Program-made: the position numbers and the translations under genes
The notes under the pieces: model-generated
Seen by the model: only the letters and a program-made list of their open reading frames with translations
What the model was told of the DNA's origin: nothing
The model's database searches: none
Shown here: positions 1 to 9,791 of the stretch, piece after piece
How the letters are laid out: every line of letters starts with the position of its first letter
Numbering within the stretch: position 1 is the stretch's first letter
Origin: Dehalococcoidia bacterium
Lineage (GTDB): Bacteria; Chloroflexota; Dehalococcoidia; Lucifugimonadales; UBA3495
DNA length: 64,000 nucleotides
Assembly (NCBI GenBank): GCA_030740155.1
Contig: JASLXV010000020.1
Span: 1 to 64,000, forward strand
Direction of reading: 5' to 3'

Positions 1-1
1 C

Positions 2-859
2 ATCACCCCGGCCGTCGCCTTCATCGTGCTCAGCGCCGGCTGGAGGACCGCCGCCATCGTATCAGGCGTGATCATGGTGGCCCTTACGATCCCCCTCTCC
101 TTTGTGATACGCACCTCACCGGAAAGCATGGGTCTCCTGCCGGATGGAGACGTGAAGCCGCCCGCCGCCAGGGGGAAAGTGGCAGCTGTGAGGTCGTCCC
201 GGTTCGGCCGCCACATTACAACCGTGGATTTCACGGTGAAGGAGGCGCTCCGAACCCGGACCTTTTGGCACATGACGCTGGCCAAGGGTCTGCGCATTGC
301 CGCCACCACCGCCACGTTCGTTCATATGGTCCCATTGGTGGTGTGGAAAGGGCAATCGGAAGCCACGGGGGCCTTTGTCGTGGCCTTCGTTGCCTTTACC
401 GCGATTCCCCTCCGGATCATTCTCGGCTGGATTGGTGACAAGTGGGCCAAACAGAAGATAGTGGGCATAACCATGTTCCTGGGAGCGGTGAGTCTGACGG
501 TTCTCCTCCTGCCGGGAGAGGGACTCTGGCGGCTGCTCATCTTCGCGGCCCTGTTTGCCTTCCCCGAAGGCGTCATCGGTATGTCCTGGACTCTGATTGG
601 TGACTTCTTCGGCCGCAGGAGCTTCGCTACTCTCCGAGGGGTGGCCGATGCCGTCGGCAGTTTCATGTCCGCCGGCACGCCCGTGTTCTTGGGCTGGATG
701 TTCGATACCACCGGGAGCTATCGCGACGCCCTCATCCCGATGGTGGTCTTGTATCTGATGGCGGCCCTCCTTTTCTGGAGCCTACCGAGGGCCAAGCTCC
801 CCAGCCGGGTGACGGACTCGATAGCGATAGATGGCGCCAGCGGTCAAGATGGGGTATAG
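2..859 (+). CDS. MFS transporter (5'-partial), paralog of 6576..7913
   Basis: Frame is open from the window edge. Many hydrophobic helices, 'GWIGDKWAK' loop motif, and long near-identical peptide stretches shared with 6576..7913 (SPESMGLLPDGD, TTVDFTVKEALRT, IGDFFGR..FATLRG). Confidence 0.9.
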   Translation: MTPAVAFIVLSAGWRTAAIVSGVIMVALTIPLSFVIRTSPESMGLLPDGDVKPPAARGKVAAVRSSRFGRHITTVDFTVKEALRTRTFWHMTLAKGLRIAATTATFVHMVPLVVWKGQSEATGAFVVAFVAFTAIPLRIILGWIGDKWAKQKIVGITMFLGAVSLTVLLLPGEGLWRLLIFAALFAFPEGVIGMSWTLIGDFFGRRSFATLRGVADAVGSFMSAGTPVFLGWMFDTTGSYRDALIPMVVLYLMAALLFWSLPRAKLPSRVTDSIAIDGASGQDGV

Positions 860-1074
860 TGTCGTAATGCGTAGTATTGGCCGCTAGAGTAAGGCAGCGA
901 AAATGAATGCAGCGGGCCTAACGCCCGCCATGGCGTCTGCCGTGATTTTCCACGGGCCTCGCTGCCGTCGACGGATTGCGGCCGCCGGACGATGCCGGCG
1001 ATAATCGGACACGGGGGGCCGGACCCGCCCGGGACGATGAGCAGGAATCCGAGCATGGATTTGGGAGACCAGCC

Positions 1075-1797
1075 GTGAATAAGACCGAGCGAGACCAGAT
1101 TCTCAGTTCCATGAACGGAAATGAGAGACAGGATCTTCGCCGAATCATGCAGGAAATCCAGAGGGAATCCAGCGAGTCCGGCGGCGCAAAGTCGCGACAA
1201 GACGTGGTGGATTCCCGCCGGAACGAGTACTCCGAGGCCCTTCAGCAGAGAATGGACGCAATCTTGCGGCGGGACCAGATGGGACCGCGCGCCGGCGAAT
1301 TACCACCTGACCTTAACCTCAAGCGGATGGGATCGGAAGAGCGGATGCGGCTTTCCAGCTTCGCAGGCAAACGTCCGGTGGCCTTGGTCTTCAGCAGCTA
1401 CACTTGACCGCCCTTCCGCGACCAGGTGGGCCGCATTGAAGAGATTTACAGCCGCTACAGGGACCGGGTCGAGTTCTTACTCGTCTACACGCGGGAGGCC
1501 CACCCAACCGACGGATGGCAGACCGATAGGAATATCAAGGACAATGTTCTTTTAACCCAGCACCAAAGCTTCGGAGAGAGGGAAGACGCGGCCGGCACCT
1601 GCAGCCGAGACCTCCATATCTCCGTTCCTATCCTGATCGAAGAGATGGACAACTCCGGCGACGAAGCTTACGGGGCCGCTCCGGTGCGGCTGTACCTGAT
1701 TGGTACGGATGGGAAGGTGGCCTACCAAGGAGGCGCCGGACCCCACTTTCTGGACCCGTCTGAATGGGAACAGGCAATCAAGGCTGCGGTGAATTGA
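1075..1797 (+). CDS. Iodothyronine deiodinase-like (thioredoxin-fold) selenoprotein, Sec at TGA 1405-1407
   Basis: ORFs 976..1407 and 1426..1797 share a frame. Read-through gives RPVALVFSSYT-U-PPFRDQVGR...FLLVYTREAHPTDGW, the deiodinase S(C/Y)TUPPF and Y.REAH..DGW motifs. Probable GTG start at 1075 after GGGAG. Confidence 0.88.
1418..1434 (+). promoter_or_regulatory. Candidate bacterial SECIS hairpin of the deiodinase-like gene
   Basis: GCGACC-AGGTG-GGCCGC begins 10 nt after the TGA. Short stem with one mismatch and a G-rich loop; folded by eye. Confidence 0.45.
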
Positions 1798-2026
1798 GAC
1801 GATAAACGAGGATTTGGGGCGACCGAGCCTCTCCCAAACCACGCGGCACGCCGGCGTCAGGGATTAGGCGGCGGCATATTGCTGCAACGAATGGCTGGCT
1901 GGCCGGAGGAGCGTGCCCAGGCTCAAACTTGTCCGCCTGCTCGGGTCGATGCAAGAGATGTCTTGCCAGCAGTAGTAGAATAGAACCCATGCCTTATCTC
2001 AATCATACTCGGCAAGCTGAAATCCG

Positions 2027-2446
2027 ATGATGAACTTGAAATTATGGTTGAACCAGCAAGGACTAAGTGTACGGGAGCTTGCCCTCCAGATGGAGGTGCC
2101 TCTCAAGACCGTTCAAGATTGGGTCTATAAACGGATAGAGCCATCCCCGGTTAACCGGGAGAAACTCAATGAACTCGTGCGATGCACCCACCACTGGGTG
2201 ATTGAGAGTTCGAATGGGCCGCTCAGTGAGGGAGTGTGTCAAAATTGCGGGGAAAAACGGGAGTTCAAGAATTCCGGAGGACTCAAGTCTCCTTGGTCAA
2301 GTCGTCAGACGCCTCCTCGCAAAAATGGCGCTGTGATGCCAGGTGGGAGCAACGGCAACAACGGAAGCACCGTAGTCAACGGTAACAACGGTAACAACGG
2401 AACCAATGTAACAAATGGAACCAACGGGACCAACGGAACCATTTAA
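2027..2446 (+). CDS. XRE-type HTH protein with Cys/His zinc-ribbon-like domain and Asn-Gly-rich tail
   Basis: LSVRELALQMEVPLKTVQDWV HTH; CTHHW...GVCQNCG; C-terminal (NGN/NGT)n. Confidence 0.7.
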   Translation: MMNLKLWLNQQGLSVRELALQMEVPLKTVQDWVYKRIEPSPVNREKLNELVRCTHHWVIESSNGPLSEGVCQNCGEKREFKNSGGLKSPWSSRQTPPRKNGAVMPGGSNGNNGSTVVNGNNGNNGTNVTNGTNGTNGTI

Positions 2447-2904
2447 GAAGGTCCTTGCCGGCGGCCGCCCGTTCGATGATGTTCAGAAGATTCGAATGTT
2501 GCGCCTGATTGCACAGAACAGGACCGGCAGCGCAAAACCCCAAGCTGGGTGGCAGTGGCCGGGAGACTGAATCTTTCCCCGTCTGCCAAACCCAGGAACA
2601 TATCGAGGCCCTCGGAGCAATCCGGGGGCCTTCTTTTTTGGGCATCCTCAAGAAGGAAGCAATGGCGGGTGGCGGCTTTGACCACCTTTGAGGCCTATCC
2701 TGATGAGGCCTATCCTGAGCATGAGGCCATGTGGACAGGGTGGAACGCCGCCGCACGACCCGGCCCGGCCCGCCAAGCATGCTCCTGTCGTCTTCCCAGG
2801 CACCGCCGAAGTGGTCGGCGCCACTGAGAGATACCAATACGACGGCCCGACGGCGCAACGCATCGACGAACTCACACCGGGTCACCCGGCCCTCGGGCGC
2901 CTCC

Positions 2905-3140
2905 TGCAGGTTCAAGGCGCCGCCGAACGGGGCGCGGCGCTGGTTGGACAGCTCCTATCCTTCTCCCGCCGCCAAACCGTGGAGCCGCAACTTGTTGACC
3001 TGAATCAACTCGTGCTCAAAACCGACCAGATGCTGCGCCGCCTCATTGGAGAGAACATCGACCTGGTGTTCCAGCCGGCGCCGGACCCTGGCTTGGTCCG
3101 GGTGGACCCCGGCCGGATAGAGCAGGTCCTGGTAAACATC
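2905..3140 (+). pseudogene. Internal fragment of a hybrid sensor histidine kinase
   Basis: QLLSFSRRQ...VDLNQLV...MLRRLIGENI...VRVDPGRIEQVLVN is the HisKA-HATPase linker of CckA-like kinases. No H-box upstream and no ATP-lid downstream. Confidence 0.7.
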
Positions 3141-3183
3141 GCCGGCATTTTCCGTCTCGATCACGGTTTCCCAGATTGCGTTT

Positions 3184-3831
3184 CTAGCCTGGATAGGTTT
3201 CTTCGGGATCGTTCCTCTGCTCTTCCCTTTCCGTAAGCTCCTTTGCGTTCCCGGTTGGTTTCCCCAAAGCCTTTTTCTTCGCTTTCCCCAAACCCCGCAC
3301 TCGAGACCTTGCGGCGGCAATTCTCTTGAGACGCCGCACCAATTGCGTGCGTCTTTCATACTCCAACGGTTCCTTACTTCGTTCCCTGATCAGCGAACTC
3401 AGGCTCGTCCTCAGTTGGTTTCGCCCGGAGAATGCCAGGATTGTGCCAGAATATTCCATCTCAAATCGAAGGGCAATCAGCCGGTGCAATGATGCCAACT
3501 GATAGTCGATCTCATCGATGTCGCGGCTGAGATTGATGTCCTGGAAGACCTCATATTTGAGGGTGCGCGTGGCATCCAACAACGAGAGGTCAACATTGAC
3601 GGTGAGGAGTCCCTGGTCTCGTAGTTGACTCGCGGATCTGGCCAAACCGAGGTTGTCTTCGAGGGTTTCCGCCAGAGCGTGGGCCAGTTGGCTGCGCCTT
3701 AGAGAATCGGCCTTCCTCCGCTGATTGCCGCCAATCCACCAACCGCCGATTGCCGCGAGGATAGCGAACATAGCACCGAGGAAAGTTGTAGTTAGCGACC
3801 GGAAAAAGTCTTGATTGAAAAACGGTTCCAT
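3184..3831 (-). CDS. Hypothetical protein with N-terminal membrane anchor
   Basis: 215-aa ORF with one hydrophobic segment (TTFLGAMFAILAAIGGWWIG); visibly more AT-rich than its neighbours. Confidence 0.55.
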   Translation of the reverse strand: MEPFFNQDFFRSLTTTFLGAMFAILAAIGGWWIGGNQRRKADSLRRSQLAHALAETLEDNLGLARSASQLRDQGLLTVNVDLSLLDATRTLKYEVFQDINLSRDIDEIDYQLASLHRLIALRFEMEYSGTILAFSGRNQLRTSLSSLIRERSKEPLEYERRTQLVRRLKRIAAARSRVRGLGKAKKKALGKPTGNAKELTEREEQRNDPEETYPG

Positions 3832-4229
3832 ATTCTCTCTTATGTCAAGCTATCGATCGAGGCAGAATGGTGGGTGACTGGGGCGATGGGTCTTGAATCC
3901 ACCCAGAACAACCGTTGACTTGACCGCCGTTACCGCGGGCAACGTTGCGGGCAAGCGAGCGTTTGAACGGGCATCTGGAATGCCTCGAACTATAAGACGG
4001 CATCTCGAACCCGTCAACCGCCATCCGAATTGCAGGGTGACCCGCTCACATGAGGCGTCCGTCTCCCGGATAAGCTCTGACCGGCCTGCTCGCCTCAGCA
4101 ACCCGGCCGGAACGACACGCTCCCACTCCGCCGGCCGGAATCGGCCCTAGCGAAACCGCCGCTCCGGCGGGATGACTTCGCTTCCGCCGCCGGTAGGCTC
4201 CCGCCCGGCCCTTGAAGCCGGCGCTTGGT

Positions 4230-4858
4230 CTAGCTGGCCCGGTAGGCCCAAACCTGGGAGAAGCTGCCGGGCTTGCTCTTCGGCATAGGGGCAAAAGGGC
4301 CGGTGACCTCCACCAACCGCAATTTGCCTTCCGCCTCCAGCGAAGCCAGCTTCCGGTCGAAGCCACCGGTCTCGAATACGTCGAGCCGTATCGTGAAGAT
4401 CAAGTGGCCTCCCGCCCGGGTAACGCGCACCAGTTCGTCGAAGGAGGGAGCCGGGGCGTGGCCAATGATGAATACTCCCACGCTGATAACGGCGTCGAAA
4501 GTGTCGCTGGGAAAGTCCAGAGGCTGGCCCATGACCATCCGGTGAAGAGCCCGGTACAGGTTTTTCGCGCGGGACTCCTCCAGCATCGCCGGCGACATAT
4601 CCATGGCCGTTAGATCGGTGTGCCCAAGATCGGCCAGGCACCGGCCCACGAGTCCGGTACCGGCTCCGGCGTCCAGAATTTGGCCCCTAATGGCACGTGA
4701 CGGGACAGCAGCGACGTGGCTGTTTGAGGGCCGCTGTAGGCGAAATCATTCTCGGAATCTGCGTCGTACTCCGGGGCCCACTGATTGTACCGATCCTCCA
4801 TTTCTTGAAGGTTCCGGGCAGTGTGCAGCCATCGGAGCCTGCTATCTTCGGTCATCAA
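4230..4858 (-). CDS. Class I SAM-dependent methyltransferase (single-base frameshift near 4680)
   Basis: Adding one base to the T-run at 4679-4681 joins YNQWAPEYD... to ILDAGAGTGLVG (motif I) and FDAVISVGVF. Confidence 0.8.
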
Positions 4859-5238
4859 TGCTTCCTGCGCAACCGGCTCAATGCTTGCCGTATGGCGTCG
4901 AGACCGGGATCATCCGGATCAACCCCTCCGGGTCCAAGTGAGGCGTCGTCCTCGATGAGAAGGACGCTAACATCACCCACGACCCCGGTCAACCATCCTA
5001 ACCCAGCTCACCGGGCGACGAAGGCAGGTTCGGCCGAGTTTCCGGCCCCTCGATGGGCTCGTCTCGAGATGCCGGCCCATCGCTGGAATCTGGTCTGAAA
5101 ATCGGACCGTGGCTCCTAACAATGTTGACCTAACCGGCCGGCATGCCCCTATAATGGCGCTGACCATCGACGGCCCGCAACCCATGCGGATGCTGGCAGG
5201 CGAAGACGATTAATAGGCACTCGAAGGATAGTGACACC

Positions 5239-6336
5239 ATGAGGCAGCTAGGACTGACCCAGCACAGCCCCGAGAAGGCGTTCCCCGGCTACACGCTCTT
5301 CGCGCCCTTGGAGGGCGCCAACGTCTACCTGATAGACATGCGGGGAAATGTGGTCCACCGCTGGCAGTTGCCCTACCGCCCCGGCGATTACGGCTACTTG
5401 CTGGAGAACGGTAACCTCCTGGTTGGACTACACACGGATAGGTCCCCCGTACCATTCGGAGGGAAAGGCGGCGTCGTCATGGAGATGGGCTGGGGGGGTG
5501 AGACCCTGTGGGAGTACGTGGACGACACCCTACACCACGACTTTTGCCGGATGGCCAATGGCAACACCATGGTCCTGGGCTGGGAGCTGGTCCCCCCAGA
5601 CTTGGCCAAGCGGATCAAGGGAGGGCACCCGGGTACCGAGAACAAAGCCGGAATCTGGAGCGACTACTTGAGGGAGGTTACTCCCGCCAAGGAGACGGTC
5701 TGGGAGTGGCACGCCTACCAGCACCTCGACCCGGAAACAGACATCATCTGTCTTATCCACCGGAGGGACGAGTGGACCCACACCAACACCTGCCTGGTCC
5801 TTCCCGACGGGAACGTGCTGGTCAGTTTCCGGGTGCTTGACACCGTGGCGATTGTGGACAAGAAGAGCGGCGAGTTTGCCTGGAAGTGGGGCCGGAACCA
5901 ACTGGGGCACCCTCACAACCCGAACCTGCTGGAAAACGGCAACCTGCTCATCTTCGATAACGGCTTCCATTCAATCGCGGCGCCCTTTCCGCGTTCCAGG
6001 GTCGTCGAGGTGGACCCCGCCACCAAGGAGATCCGGTGGGAGTACCAGACCCGGCCCGGATGGGAATTCTTCAGCGCCTTCATCAGCGGCGCCCAGCGGC
6101 TTCCCAATGGAAACACTCTGATCTGCGAGGGAATGACCGGCAGGCTGTTCGAGGTCACCCACGAGGGCACGATAGTGTGGGAGTACGTGAACCCCTTCCA
6201 CGGCTATGGGGAGCGGTTCGGCAACGCGAACCGGGTTTTCCGCGCCTACCGGTACAGCCCGGACTTTTCCGGGTTCAAGGGCAAGGACCTGGACCCGAAG
6301 GGATTTGCCTGGCTAAACCACCTTTACGCGACGTGA
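5239..6336 (+). CDS. Arylsulfotransferase (ASST) family protein
   Basis: HHDFCRMANGNT, WTHTN, H.P..LENGNLLIFDNG, SGAQRLPNGNTLICEG motifs. Confidence 0.85.
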   Translation: MRQLGLTQHSPEKAFPGYTLFAPLEGANVYLIDMRGNVVHRWQLPYRPGDYGYLLENGNLLVGLHTDRSPVPFGGKGGVVMEMGWGGETLWEYVDDTLHHDFCRMANGNTMVLGWELVPPDLAKRIKGGHPGTENKAGIWSDYLREVTPAKETVWEWHAYQHLDPETDIICLIHRRDEWTHTNTCLVLPDGNVLVSFRVLDTVAIVDKKSGEFAWKWGRNQLGHPHNPNLLENGNLLIFDNGFHSIAAPFPRSRVVEVDPATKEIRWEYQTRPGWEFFSAFISGAQRLPNGNTLICEGMTGRLFEVTHEGTIVWEYVNPFHGYGERFGNANRVFRAYRYSPDFSGFKGKDLDPKGFAWLNHLYAT

Positions 6337-6575
6337 CGAATGCTGTCCAACCGGCAGACGTCTAGCTGCGCCGGGTCCAAGGTGATAGTGGCGCCGAACC
6401 TTTGAGATGTTTTGACGCGGAGCTCGTTTGATGGGCGGCATCCTTCAGTATCCCTTTTTCAGGTAAGGGGATACTGAAGGATGAATCCTCGAAGCGTGTG
6501 GAAGCTTGTCCAAAAACCAGTACGCTTGGAGGTTGGATCAGTAGGTTTTGCAGCTTGGTAGAGAAATGAGTTCGC

Positions 6576-7913
6576 TTGAGAGATAGTCGACAAACCACCG
6601 GCAGCACCAGGGCGGGCCGCAAGGTATTCTACGGCTGGTGGATTGTGGCGGTCGGTTGCATCTTCAACACCCTGGCGGGAGGCACCTACTGGACCGGCTT
6701 CTCCGTATACTTCCTTCCGGTTACCCGTGACCTGAAATTGAGCCGGGCCACCACTTCGTTAGCCTACGGCTTAGCTCGTTTGGAAGGGGGCCTCGAAGGG
6801 CCGCTGGTGGGGTACCTGGTGGACCGTTTTGGCCCCCGGACGATGGTAGTCGCCGGCGGTGCTCTGGCCGGCCTGGGCTTCATGCTGCTGTCCCGAACCA
6901 ACAGCTTCACCACCTTCCTCCTCGTGTATATCGGCGTCCTCGCCATGGGCATGAACGGCGGCTTCAACTACGGAGTCATGGCGGCGGTCAACAATTGGTT
7001 CATTCGCCGCAAGGGTCTGGCCATGTCCATAACCTCCATGGGCGGCTCCATAGGCGGCGCCGTGATCACCCCGGCGGTTGCCTTCATTGTGCTTAGCATA
7101 GGCTGGAGGACCGGCGCCCTCGTATCCGGCCTGGCCATTTTGGTTGTGGTGCTCCCTCTATCCGTGGTGATCCGGCGCTCTCCCGAGAGCATGGGCCTGC
7201 TGCCCGATGGAGACTTGGAGCCGGCGGCCCTCGGCCAGGGCTCCGCGGGAACGAGACCGGGGCGGCCCAAGCGCTATTTTACGACCGTGGATTTCACGGT
7301 GAAGGAGGCCCTGCGAACGCCGACCTATTGGCTCCTGGCGACATCCATGGGTATGCGGATCGCGGCCCACACCGGGGTGTTCGTGCACCTGGTGCCCTTG
7401 ATGGTTTGGAAAGAGCGAACCGAGGCCGAGGGAGCTTTCGTCGTGGCTTTTGTTTCCTTTGCCTCCATCCCGCTCCGGGTCATGATCGGCTGGGTGGGTG
7501 ACAAGTGGGCCAAGCAGAAGATGATCGGCATTACCATGATCCTGGGGGCGATCAGCTTGACGATTCTCCTTTTGAGCGGAGGGGCGCTATGGCAGTTGCT
7601 CATCTTTGGCGCGCTGTTCGCCTTCGCAGAGGGCGCGAGCGGGGCGTCCTGGTCCCTGATCGGGGATTTTTTTGGCCGCACCCACTTCGCCACCCTTCGG
7701 GGAGGCGTTACCTCCGTGCATAGCCTCATGTCCATGGGAATGCCGGTGTTCGCGGGCTGGATCTACGATACCTACGGCAGCTACCATTGGGCCATCCTTC
7801 CCATGATCGGCGTGTATCTGATGGCGGCGGCGATGTTCTGGAACCTACCAAAGCCCAAGCCCCCCAGCCGGGTGGCCGACTTAGTCGCTGGGGACCTTCC
7901 ACCCGGCCCATGA
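6576..7913 (+). CDS. MFS transporter
   Basis: FYGWWIV start, GYLVDRFGPR motif A, about 12 TM segments. Confidence 0.92.
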   Translation: MRDSRQTTGSTRAGRKVFYGWWIVAVGCIFNTLAGGTYWTGFSVYFLPVTRDLKLSRATTSLAYGLARLEGGLEGPLVGYLVDRFGPRTMVVAGGALAGLGFMLLSRTNSFTTFLLVYIGVLAMGMNGGFNYGVMAAVNNWFIRRKGLAMSITSMGGSIGGAVITPAVAFIVLSIGWRTGALVSGLAILVVVLPLSVVIRRSPESMGLLPDGDLEPAALGQGSAGTRPGRPKRYFTTVDFTVKEALRTPTYWLLATSMGMRIAAHTGVFVHLVPLMVWKERTEAEGAFVVAFVSFASIPLRVMIGWVGDKWAKQKMIGITMILGAISLTILLLSGGALWQLLIFGALFAFAEGASGASWSLIGDFFGRTHFATLRGGVTSVHSLMSMGMPVFAGWIYDTYGSYHWAILPMIGVYLMAAAMFWNLPKPKPPSRVADLVAGDLPPGP

Positions 7914-8096
7914 CGCAGGCCTCCCCCCGGCCTGCCAATCCCGAGGCCAAAGAGACCGGTTCGCCCTGGCAGATGGACTTCTTGCGCCGGTCCCGATGCC
8001 GGCGTCGACCGATTCGCCGGCAAGCCGCCCCTTGCTCCTTGCGCCCTTGTGTTTATAATGGGGTTGGCAACCTAATCTCTGGAACCGTGGCCGTCC

Positions 8097-9284
8097 ATGG
8101 CAGAAGAAGAAGAGAAAAAGGAAGACAAATTCGATTTCGACCTGGCTGGCGAGACCATGGGCTACGTCTCGCTGGAGCAGGCCCGTGTCCTCGCGATGCG
8201 GACGGCACGGGAAGACCCGGGCAACTACGGGCCTCGCTTTGCCGGGGTCCGAATGGTTTTCGACGTGGTGGAGCAGTAGGATGGGGAAGACTACTACGTC
8301 GTCACCTTGTCCTTTCGCCCCGAGGGAGACTTCGCCGGCGCTCCGGGGCGCGAGCAGTTCTTCATCGAGAAAGAGGGAGTAGTCGCTCACCGCCAGGTGC
8401 GGGGGCTGCCGAGGGGCAAAGGACGGCTACCCGTTCCTGCCATCGCAGGAGGCATAGCGGCCGCGGTGGCGGTCGTAGCGGTGGTGGTTGGGGTGCTCTT
8501 GAGCGGCGGCCAGAACCCGGAAACCCCGGCTCCCGGTGTGACCCCGGATATCCCCAATTCGTCGCCGGCCGCCGTCGTGCCACCCGCCGCCACGCCAACG
8601 CCAAAACCATCGCCGACACCAACGCGTCCGCCTCCCACGCCGCCGGCCCCGACTCCGACTTCCACTCTCAGGCCGACGCCCACGCGGACAGCGCCACCAT
8701 TGCTTCGACCGACGCCGACGCAGGTTCTCTTGCCGACGGCGACGCCGCGGCCCACACCCACGGCCCCGCCGGTTGCCGGACCCACACCGACTACCGTCCC
8801 CCCCAGGGTCATCCCGATCAGACAATACCCAATCGATTTCCTGGCCCAGTATGCCTGGAGCGCCGGCAGTGTTCCTCCCCCGAACCATTTTAGCTACTCC
8901 ATCCGTATTGGCCCCGATCAGAAGGGGGAAATCCTGCTGACTCCGGATTACACGACGAGCGACCCTCCGACCTGGCAAGAAACCTTCAGCATCGACGAAC
9001 AGGAAATGGAAACGTTGTACGCCCTGATGAAGAAGCAGGAGGTGTTCACCAAGGATTGGGAGGCCTCCAAGCCCACCCGAAGACTGACCGGGGGCACTTC
9101 CGAATCGCTTAAAGTCACGGCTGACGGAGGTGAATTCGCGGTGCCCTACTGGGGCGCGGGATCCGTGAGAGAGGTCTACAACAGCATCGTGGCCCTGGTT
9201 CCGGAAGCGATTTGGGACAAACTGATGGCCCGGCGTGAGCAGTATTTCCAGGACAAGGACACGGGCCGCAGCGGCGGGAGCTGA
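8097..9284 (+). CDS. Membrane-anchored protein with Pro/Thr-rich linker, interrupted by in-frame TAG at 8277-8279
   Basis: 8097..8279 and 8307..9284 share a frame (VVEQ*DGEDYYVVTLSFRPEG). One TM helix, a PTPT linker and a C-terminal globular domain follow. May be a pseudogene. Confidence 0.65.
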
Positions 9285-9379
9285 TCCCCTGATCTGGTAC
9301 CGGCCCGGTCTTACCCCCTGACCTCGCGGATAACCGTTGCGTTGTCAGCCAACCTCATTCAGGCACCCAAGATCAACAG

Positions 9380-9423
9380 AATCCCCCTAAGTCCCCCTTT
9401 GTAAAGGGGGACTTAGGGGGATT
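9380..9423. repeat. Perfect 21-bp palindrome, REP-like family A
   Basis: AATCCCCCTAAGTCCCCCTTT-GT-AAAGGGGGACTTAGGGGGATT. Related copies at about 24374, 24471, 41579, 61609 and 63093. Confidence 0.85.
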
Positions 9424-9791
9424 TCCTCGCTACAAGGTTTACCCTTTGAGGGTTCCAATCCGTGCTCAGGCCGGCAGATCTGAGATCCACAGCCACGTGC
9501 GAAAACCACTACCGGGAAAGACGGTTCGACGTATCAAGGCTGGTGTCCGGTGAGAGGACAGGAAGACTCAGACAGCTGATTCCGGGAAGTTCCACCACGA
9601 TTTTCGACCCCGGCAGGCAGGGAGTGCTGCTCCCACCGCTCCGATAACGGCCGGTGGCGTTCAGTATTGAAGCAGTGTCCCGCGACAGTCGCCGTCTCAC
9701 TCGAGCCGATGGAACCGGAAGGCCGCTGATATTCGTAAACCAATATGATTCGTAAGCCGATATGATGTTGAAGAGCTAGCGGAGGCGGTCC

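Noticed and set aside
3866..3910. tRNA-like 3' end on the minus strand (GGATTCAAGACCC...CACCA)
   Set aside because: No canonical T-loop spacing or cloverleaf could be built.
8575..8805. Pro/Thr-rich repeat as a DNA repeat element
   Set aside because: It is an ordinary PTPT protein linker after a TM helix.
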